A model generated the notes under the pieces. That model was not told the origin of the DNA and did no database searches. It was given only the letters and a program-made list of their open reading frames with translations. Below, piece after piece: positions 1 through 8,114 of a stretch of 32,000 nt of DNA; within the stretch, counting starts at the first letter, position 1; each line of letters opens with the position of its first letter. The stretch is from Geotalea daltonii FRC-32 (lineage in GTDB: Bacteria > Desulfobacterota > Desulfuromonadia > Geobacterales > Geobacteraceae), in assembly GCF_000022265.1 (NCBI RefSeq), contig NC_011979.1, forward strand, positions 3,480,001 through 3,512,000, given 5' to 3'. The position numbers and the translations under genes were made by a program.

Positions 1-835
1 TGGCCAGGGATATCCCCCCTTCGAGAATGATCCTGAATTTGAGGAATGCCTGCCTCACCACTCCTGGTTCAATGATAATATGTTTATTATCTTTTGCCAA
101 TTCTTCAACAAAGTGCAAGGCAACTATTTCTCCGGCGCTTTTCCTGCCACTTTTGTTAATGAAGGGAATAATGGCAATGGTACGCTGCTGTTGCATATCC
201 AAGCTCGGCGAATGATAGACCGTTTTGGGCCGGAACTTCCTCATCCACTTCCGGCCCTTTTCTTCCCGGCCACTGAAGGCACCGGCAAGACGAACCGCAA
301 TTGGATCCAGCGCCTTTTCAAGGAGGTGGTCAGGTTTATGGATCTCTCCCATCCCCAAAAGACCCGGAGCATCGTCACCGGCGAGGGCAGCCGAAGTCAT
401 GCCGATAATTTTCGCCTCCGGGGCGGTGGAAACCAGACGACAGGAGATTGCCACCTTTGGCGGCGCCGCTTCGCTGCTCATTTCCATGGATGAAATGAGA
501 ACGGCTGCGGCACCGGTCTCTGTTTTCAGTGCCACCAATGTGTCCCTGTCGATGCTGCCGGTGTGACGCAGGCGATGCCTGGCCAGGAATTGGTCGGTTC
601 CCTTTTCATCCAGTACTCCAACACCCTGCTCCCGCATTTTTTCCGCCAGCGATTGCCGGATACTTTTCAAAGGTACGGCCACGCCGCTCAGGTTTTCCAC
701 CGGGAGGACAACTATGAATGGTTTTTTTCCTTCCGGAATGGCCGCTGATTTGACCGTGCCGGTTCCGGCGGCACAACCGCCTGCGCCTGAAAGCAGTGCC
801 AGCAACAGAGCCAGTTTAGTTGAAAAGTTTATCAA
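1..835 (-). CDS. Lipoprotein with two TolB-N/LpoB/DUF799-like domains (3' end outside window); likely part of the OmcS-companion channel module
   Basis: The minus-strand frame is open from 835 down to base 1 (every TTA/CTA/TCA checked for phase). The stop therefore lies off-window and the ORF track misses this gene. TTG at 835, overlapping the stop of the upstream gene, gives MINFSTKLALLLALLSGAGGC, a lipoprotein signal peptide with lipobox. It carries two copies of the motif seen in the neighbouring gene (FIVVLPVENLSG and TIAIIPFINKSG). Confidence 0.6.
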   Translation of the reverse strand, partial: MINFSTKLALLLALLSGAGGCAAGTGTVKSAAIPEGKKPFIVVLPVENLSGVAVPLKSIRQSLAEKMREQGVGVLDEKGTDQFLARHRLRHTGSIDRDTLVALKTETGAAAVLISSMEMSSEAAPPKVAISCRLVSTAPEAKIIGMTSAALAGDDAPGLLGMGEIHKPDHLLEKALDPIAVRLAGAFSGREEKGRKWMRKFRPKTVYHSPSLDMQQQRTIAIIPFINKSGRKSAGEIVALHFVEELAKDNKHIIIEPGVVRQAFLKFRIILEGGISLA

Positions 836-1382
836 GGAGCTCATTCACTGCCTTTTCCGTTATCCTGTTCATTGGTTCTCCCCCTCCCCCCAAAAGACGT
901 TCGGACATGCCGATCCCCCCCTGGGTCGACGAGGCGTTCCACACCACTTTGCCACTCTGGGCCTCGATTGCCTGGACACCGAGAGAAATGACGTTGGCTC
1001 CGGAACTTCCGGATCGTACCTCGCCGTACTCCCTGACCACACCAGTGATAACCGCATCAACCTTGATAATACCGGCGAGCTTGATTATGTCCTCGGGGGA
1101 CGGAGCAGCGGCGTTAGTTATGCCGGCACGGGACAAGCCCCGCAGTACCTCCCCCGCCGGCATCACATATATGGCGCCGGTTGCCATAAGCATGTTGGAA
1201 AAGACATCCCTCACCCTTTCCGCCGCCTGATTGTCGCGGGTGAGATTGGCAAAAGGCAGAACGGCAACGGTTCTTACCGAGCCAAAATCCATGTTGGCGT
1301 CCCGATAGACGTCGGCTGTTGTCCCACAACCGGCTGCAAAAATCAGGCAGATCAGAGTCATACTGATACGTATTCGTTTCAT
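816..1382 (-). CDS. Small periplasmic/outer-membrane lipoprotein, TolB-N / LpoB / DUF799 (GNA1162-like) fold
   Basis: The track ORF is 816..1403. An internal ATG at 1382, preceded by AGGA, gives MKRIRISMTLICLIFAAGC (lipobox). The TVAVLPFANLT motif and a single ~170-aa alpha/beta domain are typical of this lipoprotein class. The family name is recalled from memory, not searched. Confidence 0.65.
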   Translation of the reverse strand: MKRIRISMTLICLIFAAGCGTTADVYRDANMDFGSVRTVAVLPFANLTRDNQAAERVRDVFSNMLMATGAIYVMPAGEVLRGLSRAGITNAAAPSPEDIIKLAGIIKVDAVITGVVREYGEVRSGSSGANVISLGVQAIEAQSGKVVWNASSTQGGIGMSERLLGGGGEPMNRITEKAVNELLDKLFN

Positions 1383-1430
1383 CACACATCCTGGTTGCAT
1401 CATTTTTGTTTTACTTCTCCCTTCATAAAA

Positions 1431-3671
1431 TCAGAAAAAGATCCGGTAGGTAGCGTTGAAGATCTTTGAATCGAGCGACTGCCTGTGAGACGTGGAGCTG
1501 GTAAAAGAGTAACTCAGGTCAAGGAGGCTTTTACTGGTTATTTTCCAGGAAAGATTCGGAGAGATCAGCCTTTCCTTTGACCGCTCGAGACTGCGCAGGC
1601 TCTCATTGTAGGCAAAGCCGAACTGGATGGCTCCATCGGGAAACGGGGACCAGTTGACCCCGTAGTTCATCAAGGTATCGAAGGTACTGTTCTGCTCAAC
1701 CACCCCGATAGAGCCGAACAGGTACATGGCCGGAAACGGGCGGAAAGAAGCGTTGAATTCTCCCCGTTGCTGAAACGGATTCTGGTTCTGCGCCATGGCC
1801 AGAGAGGAAATGGTCTTGTTCAGGGTATAGTTGATGTTCATGCTCAGGGTAGGGTGCGGCACGATGTTGGCGCCGAAGACCATGCTGTAATCGTCCTCTT
1901 TTACCCCGGTTTCGGTAGTGACGTAGGTAGCCCCTCCGGACAGGTTGACGCTCACCCCCTTGTACAGGTCCGCATGATTATGGAGATAGATGGAGTTGGT
2001 ATCCTTGGCCCTGCCGCTGATCGTCTCATGGCGGCCGCTGTAAACCAGGTTGTGGCTCAGGGTCCTGAGAGGAGTCGCCTTCAGCGATGCGGTGTAAAGA
2101 TAACCGACCCGGTGACCGTCAGCCGCATCGTCATCTTCACGGGCTACCCTGGCACTGGAAGAGAATATCCCGTTGAACCTGTGGTCCAGACTGAGGCCAT
2201 TGGATAAAGTAGACCTGACACCGGACTCTGACGATTTCAGAAACAATGAGCTGTCGTAGTACAGGGGCAGAGAAGCCAGCAGCCTTGCCTTCACATCCAG
2301 GTTAAGGACCTGCGAAACAGTTGCGCTGTCTCTGTTGAGCTGCTCCAACGGTCTCCTGATAAAGCCCTGGATCTCCGTCACCAGTATCCTTTCGGGGTCC
2401 TGAAAACCGGGCGCCATGGCAGCAGCCACCTGGGTGAGGGGACTGACGACCACTTTTATGGCACGGGCCGTTACATTGGGGAATTCGATCTGGAAACGAA
2501 ATCCTCCCAGCAATGGCCCAAAGCCGGCACTGGCAGCGGTCTGCACCAATTCCCACCGAGGATTGCCGTTGGCAGGATCGTCATCGGTCTTATAGACATC
2601 CCAGATGAAAAAGGAGCTGACCATCGCCGGCAGGTCTCGATCGATGAAAACGTACAGTGTGTTAATTTCCGTGGGATTGACAAAATCCAGACCGATATTT
2701 CTCGGTAGCGCCTCACCGCCGGGTGCGGTGACACCAAGGGAATCCAGACCTGCCGAAGCACCGGTTTCACCATTTATCAGCGCCGGAATCGACGCAAGAG
2801 CCACAGCTGTCCAGGTGTCGCTTGCAGCATAAAGCCCGCTGAAGGGAAAGAGCTGATAGGGCACCTCTCCGTCATTGCCGGAAACTATGGTGGTATCCAG
2901 CCGGTTGACGGTGTAGTTGCTCGTCACATTGACCCGCTTGTTGAAGAACTGGTCCGAATAGCTGATCCGGCCGCTGTTATTCAAATTCTTGGTTTCAAAC
3001 CTGAGCAGCCGGTCCGTCGCATCGGTATAGACACTCTGGAATTTGAGATCCATGGTCTTCCAGGGGGCATACTTCACCCCCAGCAGTGCCCTGTCTGTGG
3101 TGGAATCGGTGAGAAGCCGGGTGCCGTCAAAGGTATTGGTCCTGGTCAGCTGCAGATCCACCTTGGGCAAACCGGCAGGACGCCACCCCAGCATGGCATG
3201 CCAGTCCTCATTTATTGCGTTGGCACGGTTGACCCCTGTCGCCTTGGTGGTTTCATCCCTGCGGCTGTAACCGAGGCCGGCCGTGTAGAGCAGCGTATTC
3301 AGGGTAAGATCCACCGACGGGCGCAGGGTGGTCACCGAGGAATTGCTGCTGGCGTCATTGTCGGTCATCCGGCCCAGGTTCTTTTCGAAGATACCGCTGG
3401 TCATCAGGCGCAGATTGGGAAACAGGCTCTTGTCCAATGAAAGGCTGTATCTCTGGCTGAGATTTGTCCATTTTGCCTTGGCCGCCTCTCCGGAGGCACC
3501 TTTTGACCTGGTATCGATACCGGTGTAGCCCCACTCGAGAAAGCCGTTCAAACCTTCCGCTACCGCAACAGCCGGATAAGTAGCGCTGAAGAGACAGGCT
3601 GCCAGGGTGAAGATGACAACAAAACCGAAACTACGATAATTTGCGCCCACGAACCGGTTACCTCTCTCCAA
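1431..3671 (-). CDS. Large outer-membrane beta-barrel protein (746 aa) with a central inserted beta-sandwich-like domain
   Basis: There is a signal peptide (..ATYPAVAVA/EG) and an alternating hydrophobic strand pattern through the N- and C-terminal thirds. The C-terminus ...NATYRIFF ends in the Phe typical of OMP barrels. The gene overlaps the upstream gene by 14 nt, consistent with an operon. Confidence 0.75.
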   Translation of the reverse strand: MERGNRFVGANYRSFGFVVIFTLAACLFSATYPAVAVAEGLNGFLEWGYTGIDTRSKGASGEAAKAKWTNLSQRYSLSLDKSLFPNLRLMTSGIFEKNLGRMTDNDASSNSSVTTLRPSVDLTLNTLLYTAGLGYSRRDETTKATGVNRANAINEDWHAMLGWRPAGLPKVDLQLTRTNTFDGTRLLTDSTTDRALLGVKYAPWKTMDLKFQSVYTDATDRLLRFETKNLNNSGRISYSDQFFNKRVNVTSNYTVNRLDTTIVSGNDGEVPYQLFPFSGLYAASDTWTAVALASIPALINGETGASAGLDSLGVTAPGGEALPRNIGLDFVNPTEINTLYVFIDRDLPAMVSSFFIWDVYKTDDDPANGNPRWELVQTAASAGFGPLLGGFRFQIEFPNVTARAIKVVVSPLTQVAAAMAPGFQDPERILVTEIQGFIRRPLEQLNRDSATVSQVLNLDVKARLLASLPLYYDSSLFLKSSESGVRSTLSNGLSLDHRFNGIFSSSARVAREDDDAADGHRVGYLYTASLKATPLRTLSHNLVYSGRHETISGRAKDTNSIYLHNHADLYKGVSVNLSGGATYVTTETGVKEDDYSMVFGANIVPHPTLSMNINYTLNKTISSLAMAQNQNPFQQRGEFNASFRPFPAMYLFGSIGVVEQNSTFDTLMNYGVNWSPFPDGAIQFGFAYNESLRSLERSKERLISPNLSWKITSKSLLDLSYSFTSSTSHRQSLDSKIFNATYRIFF

Positions 3672-5088
3672 TCAAGGAAACCTGACAAGGGGCTTCACCC
3701 ACATCGATCCGACCTACAATCTTCCTGCTCACCAGATTGATAAAGAGCAGGGAACCGTTTTCCCCGTCCAGAGTGCAAAGGTTATTCTCCTCGCCATCGA
3801 TAGCCATGTGGCTTGTGCTTTCTGGCTCATCGATAGAGACACCGGGCAGGAAAGAAAATGGGTCATAAACGGCAATCCGGCCATCCTGCTCCTTTGCCAG
3901 ATAGATCTGGTCGGTATTGGTGTCCACCTTGATGGCAGTTGCCCCGGTCCCCACGTTGGTGCGCCTGGTGACGGCAAGGGAAGTGGGGTTAACCACCGAC
4001 AGGTAGGGACTGAACTTCTGGATAACGTAAAGGGCATCCCCTCTGCGGTTGAACTGCCCCCTTAGTGGCGAAGGTTCGGTGGCGATGGTGGTCAGGACCG
4101 ACCGCCTGGCCAGATCCACAACGGAAATGGTATTGGCAGTGGTGTTGAAGACGAAAGCTCTTTTGCCGGAAGGATCTATCAGGGCTGAAGTTGGGCCGTC
4201 CCCGACGCTGACACGGCCTGTTTCGAAAAGGGAATTGGCGTCGATGATGCTTATGCTGTTAGTTCCGGTATTGGTGGTGACAATTGTCCTGCCGTCAGGG
4301 GATAGTGCAATCTCCTGGGGATTATCTCCCACGTTGAGACTGATCTGGTTGACCAGATTTCCTGTGGAGATATCGAAGACCTGGACCATATCATCGTCGA
4401 ACAGGGCCACATAAGCCCTGCGCCGTCGCTGATCGAAAGCGATGCCCTTAGGCCCTCTCCCCGTGGCGATAATCCCGTTTACCTGCATGGATTGTTTATC
4501 GAAAACGGTCAAGGTGTTATCGGCATAATTGGACACATAGCCCACCAGCCCCGGAACCGGTTTACCGGGAATTACCGCGTCAAATACCGGCGAGAACTGC
4601 ACCTCGTTTGTCAGGGATTTCCTCAGGTTGAAGTTCAGATTGATCAGCAGTGCTTTGCGGTTGTTGATGGTAAAAGAAACATCAGATCTTGAGCCTGCAT
4701 CGGTGACGACCAGGGCCGCTTCACCTTCTTCGGTCCTGAGCCGGGCATTTCTGACGCTGAAGGTCAATGCCGCATAGTTGCCTGGAGGGAGTTGACCGTA
4801 AGCGAAGAAACGCTGACGTTGGGGATCACTGCCCTTGAGGTTCTGCAGTTTGAGCTTCAGGGGAAACTGTTCGCCGCGGTCATTGACGGCGGAGATGCGG
4901 GTAACCATGAAGCCGAGCCGATCAGTCTCCTGGGGGAGGGGTTGAAGATAGACGTACAATTCGCCGTTATCGGCAAGGGGCTGTTTGAGGGCGGAGGGCA
5001 GGCTCTGGCAACCAGCCAGCAGAGCAATGGCGGCAACAATGATCAGCAAGCTGCTTAAAAGCGGATTTTTCCTAATATTCACGGTCAC
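3658..5088 (-). CDS. Lipoprotein with N-terminal beta-sandwich region and YVTN-type beta-propeller
   Basis: Signal peptide with lipobox (IALLAGC). Repeated ~40-aa units (GPKGIAFDQRRRRAYVA, NPQEIALSPDGRTIVTTN, GPTSALIDPSGKRAFVFN, ATAIKVDTNTDQIYLA) are characteristic of YVTN propeller repeats. Confidence 0.8.
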   Translation of the reverse strand: MTVNIRKNPLLSSLLIIVAAIALLAGCQSLPSALKQPLADNGELYVYLQPLPQETDRLGFMVTRISAVNDRGEQFPLKLKLQNLKGSDPQRQRFFAYGQLPPGNYAALTFSVRNARLRTEEGEAALVVTDAGSRSDVSFTINNRKALLINLNFNLRKSLTNEVQFSPVFDAVIPGKPVPGLVGYVSNYADNTLTVFDKQSMQVNGIIATGRGPKGIAFDQRRRRAYVALFDDDMVQVFDISTGNLVNQISLNVGDNPQEIALSPDGRTIVTTNTGTNSISIIDANSLFETGRVSVGDGPTSALIDPSGKRAFVFNTTANTISVVDLARRSVLTTIATEPSPLRGQFNRRGDALYVIQKFSPYLSVVNPTSLAVTRRTNVGTGATAIKVDTNTDQIYLAKEQDGRIAVYDPFSFLPGVSIDEPESTSHMAIDGEENNLCTLDGENGSLLFINLVSRKIVGRIDVGEAPCQVSLIGER

Positions 5089-5183
5089 TTCTCCGATTGC
5101 AAATCGAAACTATAAACAATTTGCCCTCTTCTGACGGTGAGCCACATCACATTGCAGCTGGCTCCATCCTGAGCCAACATGCG

Positions 5184-5217
5184 AAAAAGGTGGAGCCGGC
5201 TTAAAACCGGCCCCACC
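5184..5217 (-). terminator. Rho-independent terminator/attenuator just downstream of the OmcS-like gene
   Basis: The minus strand reads GGTGGGGCCGG-TTTTAAG-CCGGCTCCACC followed by TTTTTCGC. This is an 11-bp GC-rich stem with one mismatch plus a T-run, about 40 nt after the stop at 5258. Confidence 0.65.
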
Positions 5218-5257
5218 AGGTCATGGAGTTTTACCTCCAGGTCAGGCAGTTGGACTA

Positions 5258-6550
5258 TTAGTCTTTAGCGTGACACTTGTTGCAGAGCGAACGCTGGAAG
5301 GTTGCATATGCGGTAGCCGGCTTGTTGTAGAAGGTTGCCTTGACTTCAGCCTGGGTCCTGCCGCCATGGGTACCAGGATCGGCTGCCTCAAGATCGGTGG
5401 CATCACTACCTGGGTACATACCGGCCACGGTGAGGAAGTCAGCCTTGTTGTTCCAACGGGTCATGCTGTCCCAGCCGGTAGCGTGAGCTCTGTGGCAGGA
5501 GAGACACATGACGTTGTTGGAGGTGCTCATGCCCTGGGTTTTGGTGCCATCGTTTACAGCGTTGGCAGCCAGGGTAGCCAGGTCGGTTGTTCCCTCTTCG
5601 TAAGGAACCATGGAGCTGTAAGAGGTTGCGACAGTGCCGGTGAGGTCACCGGAAGCCTTATAGGAGTTGTAGTTGTTGACGATGGTTGCGGAGAACTTGG
5701 CACCATTTCCGGCCGGATGGATCAGGCTGGTAGGATAGTTCACGTTGTGCAGACCGGCATGGCAGTTTCCGCACCATTCGGACATGCCCTGACCATATGC
5801 AACCCTGGTCTCGGTGGCATCTTCAGTCCTGTTGTAGGTAGAAGGAGCAACGGCAATGGGAGACTGGTTGGCAAAGCCGAAGTTACCAAGAACCGATACC
5901 GGCTGATAGCCTGCGCCGGCAAGAAGACGGTAGACACCAACTGCTTCGGTAGCTGTCGGCAGCTGGCCATATGAACCGGAAGCGTTGATAGGCTTGCCGG
6001 TAACAGCAACGGTGGTGCCTGCTGCGTCCATGATCCTGTATTTGCCATGGGGGTCATGACAGCTGCTGCAGGTCAGGTTGGTAGCAGGATAGGCGCCGCC
6101 AGGTGCGGTTGTCAGTTTGGCATCGGCAACATAGCCAAAGTCGTTGGCGATGACGTTATGACCATGGCGCTCGCCTGCGCTTGTTACGAGCTTGCCACGA
6201 ACGGTAGCATTGAAGGTTTTCTGCAACCAGGAAAAGTCGCCGCCCGGGGTGAACTGAACAGGAGCAGCACCGGCTGCAGGAACTGGATTGGTAGCAACTT
6301 TGTAGCTGCTGGTAGTGGAACCGGAGTGGCACTTGAGGCAGGTAGAGCTCTGGTCGCTGCCCTGGAGAAGGAAGGCATTGCCGGTACCGGGGGCCAGGTT
6401 GTTAACGGTCATTTTGGCGTTGCCGGAAGAGTTATGCATGGTATGGCAACCATCACAGTAAGCTACACCACCCTCATGGAAAGCAAGGGCGTTACCTGCT
6501 GCAGCAAAGGTAAGCAGTACTGTTGCCAGTACAATCTTGGATGATCTCAT
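5258..6550 (-). CDS. omcS: OmcS-family hexahaem c-type cytochrome (nanowire-forming family)
   Basis: Signal peptide ..GNALA/FHEGGVAYCDGCHTMHNS. Six CXXCH motifs (CDGCH, CLKCH, CSSCH, CGNCH, CLSCH, CNKCH). I recognise long blocks from G. sulfurreducens OmcS: TPGGDF.W, GERHGHN, LTTAPGG.YPA, CSSCHDPHGKYR, APSTYNRTE, RVAYGQGMSEWC.NCH, HPAGNGAKF, NSYK.SGDLTGT, CLSCHRAH..G.DSMTR and a C-terminal CNKCHAKD. The 430-aa size also matches. The comparison is from memory, not an alignment. Confidence 0.8.
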   Translation of the reverse strand: MRSSKIVLATVLLTFAAAGNALAFHEGGVAYCDGCHTMHNSSGNAKMTVNNLAPGTGNAFLLQGSDQSSTCLKCHSGSTTSSYKVATNPVPAAGAAPVQFTPGGDFSWLQKTFNATVRGKLVTSAGERHGHNVIANDFGYVADAKLTTAPGGAYPATNLTCSSCHDPHGKYRIMDAAGTTVAVTGKPINASGSYGQLPTATEAVGVYRLLAGAGYQPVSVLGNFGFANQSPIAVAPSTYNRTEDATETRVAYGQGMSEWCGNCHAGLHNVNYPTSLIHPAGNGAKFSATIVNNYNSYKASGDLTGTVATSYSSMVPYEEGTTDLATLAANAVNDGTKTQGMSTSNNVMCLSCHRAHATGWDSMTRWNNKADFLTVAGMYPGSDATDLEAADPGTHGGRTQAEVKATFYNKPATAYATFQRSLCNKCHAKD

Positions 6551-6749
6551 CTGTTAATATCTCCTGAATTTTCTTAAAGGTTGTTTTTTTGATGTTGCTT
6601 TCAATTTGGTAACGCTTTCAATTTTGGATACTTACATTAACCACATTACCTCTTACATCTACACCTACTTACCCGTGACATGAAACCCGTGCGAGCGCTT
6701 ATGCGGTAATCACCCCCTTTGTTGTTTGCCAGAGTGTATCGATCCAGAA

Positions 6750-7751
6750 TCACCCAACGGTTATTCTGAAGACACTTACCCCCCTATTTCGACTCTGGGT
6801 TATGTAAAGCTTTTCTTCATCTATCGCCAGTTCCTGCGGAGCAACCAGATTTTCCGGGCCGTTACCGCGATAACCAAACTCGGTCCGGAAGTTGAAATCC
6901 TTGTCAAAAGCCATGACGACACATCTCAAAGTATCTGCTACGTATATGTTGCCGGAATTATCAGCGACAATGCCGCCGATGATATTGAATTTGCCCGGGC
7001 TGCTTCCCTTGACGCCGAAGCTGCGCAATTTGCCGGCCGGAGAGAGGACATAGGCCTGGAAATTAACCGGAACGGTAAAAAGCAGATTGCCATCTTTGTC
7101 AACTGAAAGTCCTACCAGCCCTGAATCTCTTTTTTCCTTTTCGCCAAGCCCGAGAATGGAAGCTATGTCGATGCCATCAAGATATTGCCCTGCTGCATCC
7201 ATGATAAGGACCTTCATCGCCTCCTTGTCAGCAATATAAATCCGGCCGTTGCGGCTGCAGATAAAGCTGGGATGGAAGTTGGTTATCAAGGCAGCTGGGA
7301 TACCTTGCGGTACCAGAGTCCCCACCCTTTCGCCGCGGAAATTGCACCTGGTTATGGTAAAGCTGGAAATTGCCGGGTCCCTGGAAGAAAGGAGGAGAAT
7401 CCCGCCGTCTTCCTCCACCGCAAGATCGTAGAGATTGCCTATGCTGATGTCGTCACCGAATTCGAATATGGCCATTCCTTTATCGTTGAAAACGCGTATG
7501 GAGCGTTCACTGAAGTTGGCCACATAGACCTCATGGGTCTTAGGATCGACCACCGGCCGAACCCAGTTGTAGGGAACCGTCCCGGTGAAATCCGATAACT
7601 GGTAAAGGTAATCTGCCTTTAATTCTCCGGCAGACACAGGGATGGCGAAAATGGCAAGGAGAAAGACAGCCGCCGCGGACACATCACGTATTTTTTTCAT
7701 TCTCCGCGCCATTAACCCTCGGTAATCGTTTCTTATTCTTTTTCTCAACAT
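6750..7751 (-). CDS. NHL-repeat six-bladed beta-propeller protein, secreted
   Basis: Signal peptide (..AAAVFLLAIFAIPVSA/GE). Repeated ~45-aa blades carry V/IYVA(D/N) and IYIADK-type motifs (HEVYVANF, GRIYIADK, GNIYVADT, EKLYITQS). The longest ORF starts at 7751; the ATG at 7700 (MKKIRD..) gives a more canonical signal peptide. Confidence 0.8.
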   Translation of the reverse strand: MLRKRIRNDYRGLMARRMKKIRDVSAAAVFLLAIFAIPVSAGELKADYLYQLSDFTGTVPYNWVRPVVDPKTHEVYVANFSERSIRVFNDKGMAIFEFGDDISIGNLYDLAVEEDGGILLLSSRDPAISSFTITRCNFRGERVGTLVPQGIPAALITNFHPSFICSRNGRIYIADKEAMKVLIMDAAGQYLDGIDIASILGLGEKEKRDSGLVGLSVDKDGNLLFTVPVNFQAYVLSPAGKLRSFGVKGSSPGKFNIIGGIVADNSGNIYVADTLRCVVMAFDKDFNFRTEFGYRGNGPENLVAPQELAIDEEKLYITQSRNRGVSVFRITVG

Positions 7752-7764
7752 TCTTTCTCATATA

Positions 7765-7781
7765 TGGCATCAGTCATGCCA
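7765..7781 (-). promoter_or_regulatory. Perfect palindrome TGGCAT-N5-ATGCCA; possible sigma-54 (-24/-12) element or dimeric regulator site upstream of the NHL/omcS cluster
   Basis: The minus strand reads TGGCATGACTGATGCC, with GG and GC at the spacing of the TGGCAC-N5-TTGC consensus. It lies only 14-30 nt upstream of the longest-ORF start (7751). It therefore works as a promoter only if translation starts at 7700. Confidence 0.3.
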
Positions 7782-8006
7782 TCAGGTGCCCATCAAGGGA
7801 ACCAATTTCACAACATCTTGTTTTTTCGATTATTTCTGCTGTAACTCGTTACCCGGATAATAGAGGGATCTAATTCAGCTCCGGCAGATTATTGCTTACC
7901 CTGTTAATCAACAACCCATTCCGGGAAAAAAACGATTTTACTGAGTCAACTCTGTTACACCAAGATGACGATTTCGTAATCAAAGCCACAGCCCCGGTAA
8001 GCTTGA

Positions 8007-8036
8007 ATAAAAAAAGCCCGGCAATGGCCAGGGCTT
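8007..8036 (-). terminator. Rho-independent terminator after the two-component operon
   Basis: The minus strand reads AGCCCTGG-CCATTG-CCGGGCT followed by TTTTTTTATT. This is a GC-rich stem with one bulge plus a T7 run, about 80 nt after the kinase stop at 8115. Confidence 0.65.
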
Positions 8037-8114
8037 ATTGATTTGAATCAGTCATCAGTGAGGCGCCAGGATCGAAAGAGAATTCTGCGGAATTTTTCTT
8101 CTAAAACAATGATG

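Noticed and set aside
80-1469. Plus-strand ORFs 80..493, 225..566, 714..1469 and 820..1230 from the track.
   Set aside because: They are shadow ORFs antisense to two minus-strand lipoprotein genes that have signal peptides, lipoboxes and shared motifs. The plus-strand products are Pro/Arg/Ser-rich with no start signals.
5270-6544. Plus-strand ORFs 5270..5974 (234 aa) and 6047..6544 (165 aa).
   Set aside because: They are antisense to the OmcS-like gene, whose six CXXCH motifs and signal peptide make the minus-strand frame unambiguous.
6551-6749. Possible GEMM-I (c-di-GMP/cGAMP) riboswitch upstream of omcS. Such riboswitches precede exoelectrogenesis genes in Geobacter. The minus strand here contains GGCAAAC, CCGCATAAGC and GGGTAAGTAGG, reminiscent of the GGCAAAC / ACGCAAAGC / GGTAGGTAGC core.
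   Set aside because: I could not build the required P2 hairpin with a GNRA loop between the first two blocks. The third region contains a direct (CACGGG..CACGGG) rather than inverted repeat. A covariance-model scan (Rfam RF01051) would settle it.
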